DNA of 64,000 bases, from NCBI RefSeq assembly GCF_009914755.1, contig NC_060948.1, one strand, 5' to 3'. The number at the start of each line of letters is the position of its first letter. The stretch's first letter is position 1. Position numbers and translations under genes: made by a program. Positions 51,723 through 64,000 of this stretch are shown here, piece after piece. A model generated the notes under the pieces. The model ran no database searches, was not told the DNA's origin, and worked only from the letters and a program-made list of their open reading frames with translations. This DNA comes from the human T2T-CHM13v2.0 reference genome, Homo sapiens.

Positions 51723-54700
51723 TTGAATGGAATAGAACAGAATGGAATCAAATCGAATGAAATGGAATGGAATAGAAAGGAATGGAATGAAATGGAATGG
51801 AAAGGATTCGAATGGAATGCAATCGAATGGAATGGAATCGAACGGAATGGAATAAAATGGAAGAAAACTGGCAAGAAATGGAATCGAAATGAATGGAGTG
51901 TTATGGAACGGACTCAAAAGGAATTGAATGTAATAGAATGGAGTGGAGTGGACTCGAATATAATGGACTGGAATGGAATGAAATCACATGGAATGGGAAC
52001 GAATGGAATGGAATGGAAAGGAATGGAATCGAATGGAAAGGAATCGAATGGAAGGGAATGAAATTGAATCAACAGGAATGGAAGGGAATAGAATAGACGG
52101 TAATGGAATGGACTCGAATAGAATGGACACGAATGCTCAAATTAAATGGACTCGAATGGAATGGAAACGAAAGGAATGTCATCGAATGGAATTGAATCGA
52201 TTGGAATGAAATCGCATAGAATGGAGTGGAATCAAATGGAATTGAATCGAAAGGAAAGGAAGCGAATGGACTGAAATGAAATGGAATGGAATTGAATGGA
52301 AAGTAATGCAATGGAATAGAATGGAACGAAATTTCACGGAATGGAATCAAACTGAATGGAATCAAATCAATGGAATCAAATCAAATGGAATGGAAAGGAA
52401 TTGAATGGAGTAGATTGGATTGGATGGGATTGGAATGAAATGTACTGGAAAGGACTCGAATTTCATGAAACGGAATGGAATGAATTGGAACGGAATGGAC
52501 TCGAATGGAATGGAATGTCATGGAATGGCATCAAATGGAATGGCATCAAATGGAATGGAATCGAATGCAATGGAATGCTATGGAATGGAATGGAATGCAT
52601 TGGAATGGAATGTCCTCTAATGGAATGGATTCGAGTGGAATGGAATCGAATATAATGGAGTCGAATGAAATGGAATTGAAAGGAATGGGATCGAATAGAA
52701 TGGAATATACTGGAATGTAATGTAATGAACTCGAATGTAATTGACTGGAATGGAATGTACATGAATGGAATGTAATCGAATGGAAAGTAATCCAATGGAA
52801 TAGAATCTAATGCAATAAAACCGACTCAGATAGAGTAGAATGTAATGGAATGGAGTGCAGTACAATGGAAGGGAATGGAATTGAATGCAATGGAATGGAA
52901 TGGAATGGAATGGAATGGAATGGAATGGAATGGAATGGGATGGAATGGTATGGAATGGATAGTAATGGACTGGAGTGAAATGGACTGGAAAGGAATGGAC
53001 TCAAATTGAAAGGGCTCGAAAGGAATGGAGTCAAATGGAATGGTCTGGAATGGAATGAACACGAATGTAATGCAATCCAATAGAATGGAATCGAATGGCA
53101 TGGAATATAAAGAAATGGAATCGAAGAGAATGGAAACAAATGGAATGGAATTGAATGGAATGGAATTGAATGGAATGGGAACGAATGGAGTGAAATTGTA
53201 TGCAGTAGAAGGGAATAGAATGGAATGCAAGCGAAAGGAAAGGAATGGATTGGAATGGAATGGAATTCATTGGAATGGAAGGGAATGTAGTGTAATGGAC
53301 AGGCCTGGAATAAAGTGGAATGCTACGGTCTCGAATGGAATAAAAATGTATGGAATGGAATGCAATGAAACGGAATCGAATGTCATAGAATGTAATGGAA
53401 TGCAAAAAAATGGAATCCAAAATCATTGACTGGAAAGGCTGGGTGTCGAAAGGAATTGACTCCAATGGAATGGAATCGAATGGAATGGAAGTGAATAGAA
53501 TCGAACTAAATCGAATGGAATGGAATTGATAGGAACGGAATGGAAAGGAATGCAATGATTTGGCATGGAATGGAATCGAATGGCATCGAATGGAATGGAA
53601 TGGAATGCAATGGAATGGAATGTATTAGAATGTAATGAACTTTAATGGAATGTACTCGAATGGATTCGACTGGAATGGAATGTTCTGGAAGTGAATGGAC
53701 TCCAATGGAATGGATTCAAAAGGAATGGAATCGTACGGAATGGAATCTAATGGAATGGAATTAAATGGAAATGAATCAAATTGAATAGCACGGAATTGAA
53801 TTGAATGGAATGGAATGCAATGGAATCTAATGAAACGGAAAGGAAAGGAATGGAATGGAATGGAATGGGCTGGAATGGAAAGGAATCGAAACGAATGGAA
53901 TGGAATCGAACTGAAGAGACTGGAATGGAATGCACTGGAATGGAAGGGAGTGTAATGGAAGGTTCTCGAAAAAAATGGAATCGAATGGAATGGAATTGAA
54001 TGGAACGGAATAGAGTCGAATGGAATTGAATGGAATGGAATGGACTAGAGTGAAATGGAATCAAACCACAAGGAATGGAGAGGAATAGAATGGTCTCGAA
54101 TTGAATGGAATCGTATGGAATGGCATCAAACGGAATGGAATGGACAGCCACGGAATGGAATGCACTCGAATGCAATGGAGTCGAAACTAATGGACTGGAA
54201 TAGAATGGACTCGACTGGTACGGACTCCAATGGAATGGAATCGAATGGAAGGGAATCGAACGGAATGGACTCGAAGGGAAAAGACTGCAATGGAAAGGTC
54301 TCGAATGGAATGGAAATTAATGGAATGGAATGGAATCGAATGAAATGGAGTCAAAAGGAATGGAATCGAATGGCAACAAATCGAATGTAATGGAATCGCA
54401 AGGAATTGATGTGAACGGAACGGAATGGAATGGAATCCAAAGGAATGGAATAGAATGGAATGGAATCGAATGGAAAGGACTCGAATGGAAATCACTCGAA
54501 TAGAATGCAATTTAATAAAATAGGATCAAATGTAATGGAATGGAATGGAAAGGAATCGAAACGAAAGGAATGGAGACAGATGGAGTGGAATAGAACAGAG
54601 AGCAATGGTATGGAATGGAATGGAATCATCTGGAATGGAATTGAATGGAATGGAATAATATGAAATGGAATGGAATGGAATGGAATGGAATGGAATGCCC

Positions 54701-55296
54701 TTGAATTAAATGGACTGGAATGGAATGGACTCGAACAGAGTGGAATGGAAAGTGTTGAGATAGAATGGAATGGACTCCTTTGGAATGGTGTAGTATGCAA
54801 TGCAGTCGACTGGCAGGGAATCAAAAGGAATGTAATGGAATGGACTGGACTGGAATGCAATGGACTCGAATAGATTGGAAACGGAATGCAAAGAAATGGA
54901 ATGGAATAGTATGGAATGGAATGGAAAGGAATGGAGTGGAATAGACTAGAGTGGAATGGAATGGACTGGAAAGCAATGGACTGGAATGGAACTTTCTTGA
55001 ATGGACTGGAATCAAACGGAATGGAATGCAATGCAATCAAATGGCATGGAATAAAATAGAATGAAAGAGAATCAAATGGAATTGAATCGAATGGAATCGA
55101 ATGGATTGGAAAGGAATAGAATGGAATGGAATGGAATTGACTCAAATGGAATGGACTAGAATGGAATGGATTCGAATGGAAGGCAAAGGAATGGAATCTA
55201 TTGGAATGGACTGTAATGGAATGGAATGGAAGGGATTGGAATGGACTCGAATGGAATGGACTGCAATAGAAAGGATTCGAATGGAATGAAAAAGAA
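51723..55296 (+). repeat. DYZ1 unit U16 (3574 bp)
   Basis: Anchor spacing. Confidence 0.9.
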
Positions 55297-58200
55297 TTGA
55301 ATGGAATAGAACAGAATGGAATCAAATCGAATGAAATGGAATGGAATAGAAAGGAATGGAATGAAATGGAATGGAAAGGATTCGAATGGAATGCAATCGA
55401 ATGGAATGGAATCGAACGGAATGGAATAAAATGGAAGAAAACTGGCAAGAAATGGAATCGAAATGAATGGAGTGTTATGGAACGGACTCAAAAGGAATTG
55501 AATGTAATAGAATGGAGTGGAGTGGACTCGAATATAATGGACTGGAATGGAATGAAATCACATGGAATGGGAACGAATGGAATGGAATGGAAAGGAATGG
55601 AATCGAATGGAAAGGAATCGAATGGAAGGGAATGAAATTGAATCAACAGGAATGGAAGGGAATAGAATAGACGGTAATGGAATGGACTCGAATAGAATGG
55701 ACACGAATGCTCAAATTGAATGGACTCGAATGGAATGGAAACGAAAGGAATGTCATCGAATGGAATTGAATCGATTGGAATGAAATCGCATAGAATGGAG
55801 TGGAATCAAATGGAATTGAATCGAAAGGAAAGGAAGCGAATGGACTGAAATGAAATGGAATGGAATTGAATGGAAAGTAATGCAATGGAATAGAATGGAA
55901 CGAAATTTCACGGAATGGAATCAAACTGAATGGAATCAAATCAATGGAATCAAATCAAATGGAATGGAAAGGAATTGAATGGAGTAGATTGGATTGGATG
56001 GGATTGGAATGAAATGTACTGGAAAGGACTCGAATTTCATGAAACGGAATGGAATGAATTGGAACGGAATGGACTCGAATGGAATGGAATGTCATGGAAT
56101 GGCATCAAATGGAATGGCATCAAATGGAATGGAATCGAATGCAATGGAATGCTATGGAATGGAATGGAATGCATTGGAATGGAATGTCCTCTAATGGAAT
56201 GGATTCGAGTGGAATGGAATCGAATATAATGGAGTCGAATGAAATGGAATTGAAAGGAATGGGATCGAATACAATGGAATATACTGGAATGTAATGTAAT
56301 GAACTCGAATGTAATTGACTGGAATGGAATGTACATGAATGGAATGTAATCGAATGGAAAGTAATCCAATGGAATAGAATCTAATGCAATGAAATCGACT
56401 CAGATAGAGTAGAATGTAATGGAATGGAGTGCAGTGCAATGGAATGGAATGGAATGGAATGCAATTGAATGGAATGGAATGGAATGGAATGGAATGGAAT
56501 GGAATGGGATGGAATGGTATGGAATGGATAGTAATGGACTGGAGTGAAATGGACTGGAAAGGAATGGACTCAAATTGAAAGGGCTCGAAAGGAATGGAGT
56601 CAAATGGAATGGTCTGGAATGGAATGAACACGAATGTAATGCAATCCAATAGAATGGAATCGAATGGCATGGAATATAAAGAAATGGAATCGGAGAGAAT
56701 GGAAACAAATGGAATGGAATTGAATGGAATGGAATTGAATGGAATGGGAACGAATGGAGTGAAATTGTATGCAGTAGAAGGGAATAGAATGGAATGCAAG
56801 CGAAAGGAAAGGAATGGATTGGAATGGAATGGAATTCATTGGAATGGAAGGGAATGTAGTGTAATGGACAGGCCTGGAATAAAGTGGAATGCTACGGTCT
56901 CGAATGGAATAAAAATGTATGGAATGGAATGCAATGAAATGGAATCGAATGTCATAGAATGAAATGGAATGCAACAAAATGGAATCCAAAATCATTGACT
57001 GGAAAGGCTGGGTGTCGAAAGGAATTGACTCCAATGGAATGGAATCGAATGGAATGGAAGTGAATAGAATCGAACTAAATCGAATGGAATGGAATTGATA
57101 GGAACGGAATGGAAAGGAATGCAATGATTTGGCATGGAATGGAATCGAATGGCATCGAATGGAATGGAATGGAATGCAATGGAATGGAATGTATTAGAAT
57201 GTAATGAACTTTAATGGAATGTACTCGAATGGATTCGACTGGAATGGAATGTTCTGGAAGTGAATGGACTCCAATGGAATGGATTCCAAAGGAATGGAAT
57301 CGTACGGAATGGAATCTAATGGAATGGAATTAAATGGAAATGAATCAAATTGAATAGCACGGAATTGAATTGAATGGAATGGAATGCAATGGAATCTAAT
57401 GAAACGGAAAGGAAAGGAATGGAATGGAATGGAATGGGCTGGAATGGAAAGGAATCGAAACGAATGGAATGGAATCGAACTGAAGAGACTGGAATGGAAT
57501 GCACTGGAATGGAAGGGAGTGTAATGGAAGGTTCTCGAAAAAAATGGAATCGAATGGAATGGAATTGAATGGAACGGAATAGAGTCGAATGGAATTGAAT
57601 GGAATGGAATGGACTAGAGTGAAATGGAATCGAACCACAAGGAATGGACAGGAATAGAATGGTCTCGAATTGAATGGAATCGTATGGAATGGCATCAAAC
57701 GGAATGGAATGGACAGCCACGGAATGGAATGCACTCGAATGCAATGGAGTCGAAACTAATGGACTGGAATAGAATGGACTCGACTGGTACGGACTCCAAT
57801 GGAATGGAATCGAATGGAAGGGAATCGAACGGAATGGACTCGAAGGGAAAAGACTGCAATGGAAAGGTCTCGAATGGAATGGAAATTAATGGAATGGAAT
57901 GGAATCGAATGAAATGGAGTCAAAAGGAATGGAATCGAATGGCAAGAAATCGAATGTAATGGAATCGCAAGGAATTGATGTGAACGGAACGGAATGGAAT
58001 GGAATCCAAAGGAATGGAATAGAATGGAATGGAATCGAATGGAAAGGACTCGAATGGAAATCACTCGAATAGAATGCAATTTAATAAAATAGGATCAAAT
58101 GTAATGGAATGGAATGGAAAGGAATCGAAACGAAAGGAATGGAGACAGATGGAATGGAATGGAACAGAGAGCAATGGTATAGAATGGAATGGAATCATCT

Positions 58201-58865
58201 GGAATGGAATTGAATGGAATGGAATAATATGAAATGGAATGGAATGGAATGGAATGGAATGGAATGCCCTTGAATTAAATGGACTGGAATGGAATGGACT
58301 CGAACAGAGTGGAATGGAAAGTGTTGAGATAGAATGGAATGGACTCCTTTGGAATGGTGTAGTATGCAATGCAATCGAATGGCAGGGAATCAAAAGGAAT
58401 GTAATGGAATGGACTGGACTGGAATGCAATGGACTCGAATAGATTGGAAACGGAATGCAAAGGAATGGAATGGAATAGTATGGAATGGAATGGAAAGGAA
58501 TGGAGTGGAATAGACTAGAGTGGAATGGAATGGACTGGAAAGCAATGGACTGGAATGGAACTTTCTTGAATGGACTGGAATCAAACGGAATGGAATGCAA
58601 TGCAATCAAATGGCATGGAATAAAATAGAATGAAAGAGAATCAAATGGAATTGAATCGAATGGAATCGAATGGATTGGAAAGGAATAGAATGGAATGGAA
58701 TGGAATGGACTCAAATGGAATGGACTAGAATGGAATGGATTCGAATGGAAGGCAAAGGAATGGAATCTATTGGAATGGACTGTAATGGAATGGAATGGAA
58801 GGGATTGGAATGGACTCGAATGGAATGGACTGCAATAGAAAGGATTCGAATGGAATGAAAAAGAA
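55297..58865 (+). repeat. DYZ1 unit U17 (3569 bp)
   Basis: Anchor spacing. Confidence 0.9.
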
Positions 58866-61800
58866 TTGAATGGAATAGAACAGAATGGAATCAAATCGAA
58901 TGAAATGGAATGGAATAGAAAGGAATGGAATGAAATGGAATGGAAAGGATTCGAATGGAATGCAATCGAATGGAATGGAATCGAACGGAATGGAATAAAA
59001 TGGAAGAAAACTGGCAAGAAATGGAATCGAAATGAATGGAGTGTTATGGAACGGACTCAAAAGGAATTGAATGTAATAGAATGGAGTGGAGTGGACTCGA
59101 ATATAATGGACTGGAATGGAATGAAATCACATGGAATGGGAACGAATGGAATGGAATGGAAAGGAATGGAATCGAATGGAAAGGAATCGAATGGAAGGGA
59201 ATGAAATTGAATCAACAGGAATGGAAGGGAATAGAATAGACGGTAATGGAATGGACTCGAATAGAATGGACACGAATGCTCAAATTGAATGGACTCGAAT
59301 GGAATGGAAACGAAAGGAATGTCATCGAATGGAATTGAATCGATTGGAATGAAATCGCATAGAATGGAGTGGAATCAAATGGAATTGAATCGAAAGGAAA
59401 GGAAGCGAATGGACTGAAATGAAATGGAATGGAATTGAATGGAAAGTAATGCAATGGAATAGAATGGAACGAAATTTCACGGAATGGAATCAAACTGAAT
59501 GGAATCAAATCAATGGAATCAAATCAAATGGAATGGAAAGGAATTGAATGGAGTAGATTGGATTGGATGGGATTGGAATGAAATGTACTGGAAAGGACTC
59601 GAATTTCATGAAACGGAATGGAATGAATTGGAACGGAATGGACTCGAATGGAATGGAATGTCATGGAATGGCATCAAATGGAATGGCATCAAATGGAATA
59701 GAATCGAATGCAATGGAATGCTATGGAATGGAATGGAATGCATTGGAATGGAATGTCCTCTAATGGAATGGATTCGAGTGGAATGGAATCGAATATAATG
59801 GAGTCGAATGAAATGGAATTGAAAGGAATGGGATCGAATACAATGGAATATACTGGAATGTAATGTAATGAACTCGAATGTAATTGACTGGAATGGAATG
59901 TACATGAATGGAATGTAATCGAATGGAAAGTAATCCAATGGAATAGAATCTAATGCAATAAAATCGACTCAGATAGAGTAGAATGTAATGGAATGGAGTG
60001 CAGTGCAATGGAATGGAATGGAATGGAATGCAATTGAATGGAATGGAATGGAATGGAATGGAATGGGATGGAATGGTATGGAATGGATAGTAATGGACTG
60101 GAGTGAAATGGACTGGAAAGGAATGGACTCAAATTGAAAGGGCTCGAAAGGAATGGAGTCAAATGGAATGGTCTGGAATGGAATGAACACGAATGTAATG
60201 CAATCCAATAGAATGGAATCGAATGGCATGGAATATAAAGAAATGGAATCGGAGAGAATGGAAACAAATGGAATGGAATTGAATGGAATGGAATTGAATG
60301 GAATGGGAACGAATGGAGTGAAATTGTATGCAGTAGAAGGGAATAGAATGGAATGCAAGCGAAAGGAAAGGAATGGATTGGAATGGAATGGAATTCATTG
60401 GAATGGAAGGGAATGTAGTGTAATGGACAGGCCTGGAATAAAGTGGAATGCTACGGTCTCGAATGGAATAAAAATGTATGGAATGGAATGCAATGAAATG
60501 GAATCGAATGTCATAGAATGTAATGGAATGCAACAAAATGGAATCCAAAATCATTGACTGGAAAGGCTGGGTGTCGAAAGGAATTGACTCCAATGGAATG
60601 GAATCGAATGGAATGGAAGTGAATAGAATCGAACTAAATCGAATGGAATGGAATTGATAGGAACGGAATGGAAAGGAATGCAATGATTTGGCATGGAATG
60701 GAATCGAATGGCATCGAATGGAATGGAATGGAATGCAATGGAATGGAATGTATTAGAATGTAATGAACTTTAATGGAATGTACTCGAATGGATTCGACTG
60801 GAATGGAATGTTCTGGAAGTGAATGGACTCCAATGGAATAGATTCCAAAGGAATGGAATCGTACGGAATGGAATCTAATGGAATGGAATTAAATGGAAAT
60901 GAATCAAATTGAATAGCACGGAATTGAATTGAATGGAATGGAATGCAATGGAATCTAATGAAACGGAAAGGAAAGGAATGGAATGGAATGGAATGGGCTG
61001 GAATGGAAAGGAATCGAAACGAATGGAATGGAATCGAACTGAAGAGACTGGAATGGAATGCACTGGAATGGAAGGGAGTGTAATGGAAGGTTCTCGAAAA
61101 AAATGGAATCGAATGGAATGGAATTGAATGGAACGGAATAGAGTCGAATGGAATTGAATGGAATGGAATGGACTAGAGTGATATGGAATAGAACCACAAG
61201 GAATGGAGAGGAATAGAATGGTCTCGAATTGAATGGAATCGTATGGAGTGGCATCAAACGGAATGGAATGGACAGCCACGGAATGGAATGCACTCGAATG
61301 CAATGGAGTCGAAACTAATGGACTGGAATAGAATGGACTCGACTGGTACGGACTCCAATGGAATGGAATCGAATGGAAGGGAATCGAACGGAATGGACTC
61401 GAAGGGAAAAGACTGCAATGGAAAGGTCTCGAATGGAATGGAAATTAATGGAATGGAATGGAATCGAATGAAATGGAGTCAAAAGGAATGGAATCGAATG
61501 GCAACAAATCGAATGTAATGGAATCGCAAGGAATTGACGTGAAAGGAACGGAATGGAATGGAATCCAAAGGAATGGAATAGAATGGAATGGAATCGAATG
61601 GAAAGGACTCGAATGGAAATCACTCGAATAGAATGCAATTTAATAAAATAGGATCAAATGTAATGGAATGGAATGGAAAGGAATCGAAACGAAAGGAATG
61701 GAGACAGATGGAATGGAATGGAACAGAGAGCAATGGTATAGAATGGAATGGAATCATCTGGAATGGAATTGAATGGAATGGAATAATATGAAATGGAATG

Positions 61801-62419
61801 GAATGGAATGGAATGGAATGCCCTTGAATTAAATGGACTGGAATGGAATGGACTCGAACAGAGTGGAATGGAAAGTGTTGAGATAGAATGGAATGGACTC
61901 CTTTGGAATGGTGTAGTATGCAATGCAATCGACTGGCAGGGAATCAAAAGGAATGTAATGGAATGGACTGGACTGGAATGCAATGGACTCGAATAGATTG
62001 GAAACGGAATGCAAAGAAATGGAATGGAATAGTATGGAATGGAATGGAAAGGAATGGAGTGGAATAGACTAGAGTGGAATGGAATGGACTGGAAAGCAAT
62101 GGACTGGAATGGAACTTTCTTGAATGGACTGGAATCAAACGGAATGGAATGCAATGCAATCAAATGGCATGGAATAAAATAGAATGAAAGAGAATCAAAT
62201 GGAATTGAATCGAATGGAATCGAATGGATTGGAAAGGAATAGAATGGAATGGAATGGAATGGACTCAAATGGAATGGACTAGAATGGAATGGATTCGAAT
62301 GGAAGGCAAAGGAATGGAATCTACTGGAATGGACTGTAATGGAATGGAATGGAAGGGATTGGAATGGACTCGAATGGAATGGACTGCAATAGAAAGGATT
62401 CGAATGGAATGAAAAAGAA
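58866..62419 (+). repeat. DYZ1 unit U18 (3554 bp)
   Basis: Anchor spacing. Confidence 0.9.
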
Positions 62420-64000
62420 TTGAATGGAATAGAACAGAATGGAATCAAATCGAATGAAATGGAATGGAATAGAAAGGAATGGAATGAAATGGAATGGAAA
62501 GGATTCGAATGGAATGCAATCGAATGGAATGGAATCGAACGGAATGGAATAAAATGGAAGAAAACTGGCAAGAAATGGAATCGAAATGAATGGAGTGTTA
62601 TGGAACGGACTCAAAAGGAATTGAATGTAATAGAATGGAGTGGAGTGGACTCGAATATAATGGACTGGAATGGAATGAAATCACATGGAATGGGAACGAA
62701 TGGAATGGAATGGAAAGGAATGGAATCGAATGGAAAGGAATCGAATGGAAGGGAATGAAATTGAATCAACAGGAATGGAAGGGAATAGAATAGACGGTAA
62801 TGGAATGGACTCGAATAGAATGGACACGAATGCTCAAATTGAATGGACTCGAATGGAATGGAAACGAAAGGAATGTCATCGAATGGAATTGAATCGATTG
62901 GAATGAAATCGCATAGAATGGAGTGGAATCAAATGGAATTGAATCGAAAGGAAAGGAAGCGAATGGACTGAAATGAAATGGAATGGAATTGAATGGAAAG
63001 TAATGCAATGGAATAGAATGGAACGAAATTTCACGGAATGGAATCAAACTGAATGGAATCAAATCAATGGAATCAAATCAAATGGAATGGAAAGGAATTG
63101 AATGGAGTAGATTGGATTGGATGGGATTGGAATGAAATGTACTGGAAAGGACTCGAATTTCATGAAACGGAATGGAATGAATTGGAACGGAATGGACTCG
63201 AATGGAATGGAATGTCATGGAATGGCATCAAATGGAATGGCATCAAATGGAATGGAATCGAATGCAATGGAATGCTATGGAATGGAATGGAATGCATTGG
63301 AATGGAATGTCCTCTAATGGAATGGATTCGAGTGGAATGGAATCGAATATAATGGAGTCGAATGAAATGGAATTGAAAGGAATGGGATCGAATAGAATGG
63401 AATATACTGGAATGTAATGTAATGAACTCGAATGTAATTGACTGGAATGGAATGTACATGAATGGAATGTAATCGAATGGAAAGTAATCCAATGGAATAG
63501 AATCTAATGCAATAAAACCGACTCAGATAGAGTAGAATGTAATGGAATGGAGTGCAGTGCAATGGAAGGGAATGGAATTGAATGCAATGGAATGGAATGG
63601 AATGGAATGGAATGGAATGGAATGGAATGGGATGGAATGGTATGGAATGGATAGTAATGGACTGGAGTGAAATGGACTGGAAAGGAATGGACTCAAATTG
63701 AAAGGGCTCGAAAGGAATGGAGTCAAATGGAATGGTCTGGAATGGAATGAACACGAATGTAATGCAATCCAATAGAATGGAATCGAATGGCATGGAATAT
63801 AAAGAAATGGAATCGAAGAGAATGGAAACAAATGGAATGGAATTGAATGGAATGGAATTGAATGGAATGGGAACGAATGGAGTGAAATTGTATGCAGTAG
63901 AAGGGAATAGAATGGAATGCAAGCGAAAGGAAAGGAATGGATTGGAATGGAATGGAATTCATTGGAATGGAAGGGAATGTAGTGTAATGGACAGGCCTGG
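62420..64000 (+). repeat. DYZ1 unit U19 (cut by the window end)
   Basis: Anchor at 62420; HaeIII site at 63994. Confidence 0.9.

Larger units (their letters stand above)
1..64000 (+). repeat. DYZ1: Human satellite 3 (HSat3) DYZ1 tandem array, ~3.56 kb units of degenerate GGAAT pentamers (Yq12-type heterochromatin)
   Basis: Seen: degenerate GGAAT throughout, with the purine-rich strand on +. Conserved HaeIII GGCC sites lie at 1668, 5231, 8804, 12368, 15932, 19472, 23041, 28284, 31863, 35437, 39001, 42590, 46154, 49733, 53302, 56871, 60430 and 63994, each with an EcoRI site 39 bp upstream. Established (from recall): DYZ1 is a 3564 bp EcoRI/HaeIII pentamer-based unit, and five intervals here equal 3564. 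Confidence 0.97.

Noticed and set aside
1-64000. CRISPR-like or prokaryotic repeat system
   Set aside because: There are no unique spacers, no cas or other genes and no non-satellite sequence. The periodicities are 5 bp and ~3.56 kb.
1-64000. DYZ2/HSat1B, Alu or L1 insertion, or strand inversion
   Set aside because: I saw no AT-rich DYZ2 block, poly-A tail, Alu sequence or CATTC-oriented stretch on the + strand.
1-64000. HSat2 or chr9/acrocentric HSat3 assignment
   Set aside because: The HSat2 signature (CATTCGATTC-type units with frequent ATGATG) is not dominant. The 3564 bp HaeIII/EcoRI period and the diagnostic segment point to DYZ1.

Overview
The whole 64 kb window is one uninterrupted, single-orientation array of human satellite 3 (GGAAT)n. 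It is organised as the ~3.56 kb DYZ1 repeat typical of Yq12 heterochromatin. There are 17 full units (3540-3584 bp), one 1664 bp partial unit and a truncated last unit. Five of the 17 intervals between conserved HaeIII sites are exactly 3564 bp, the length I recall for the classic DYZ1 unit. I see no genes, RNA genes, transposons, DYZ2/Alu segments or inversions, and all ORFs in the track are by-products of the pentamer. I cannot support a new protein-coding system here. Points worth follow-up: (1) three perfect heat-shock elements (GAAnnTTCnnGAA) at fixed positions in every full unit, in a background dense in TEAD motifs; (2) a 1664 bp partial-unit duplication with a 19 bp junction microhomology; (3) cryptic 2-unit and 5-unit higher-order structure revealed by shared variants; (4) mosaic units and divergent patches suggesting gene conversion; (5) a hypervariable pure-GGAAT tract. 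Units U1-U19 are numbered from a recurring anchor (99, 3657, 7235, ...). All variant calls were made by eye and need confirming by alignment.
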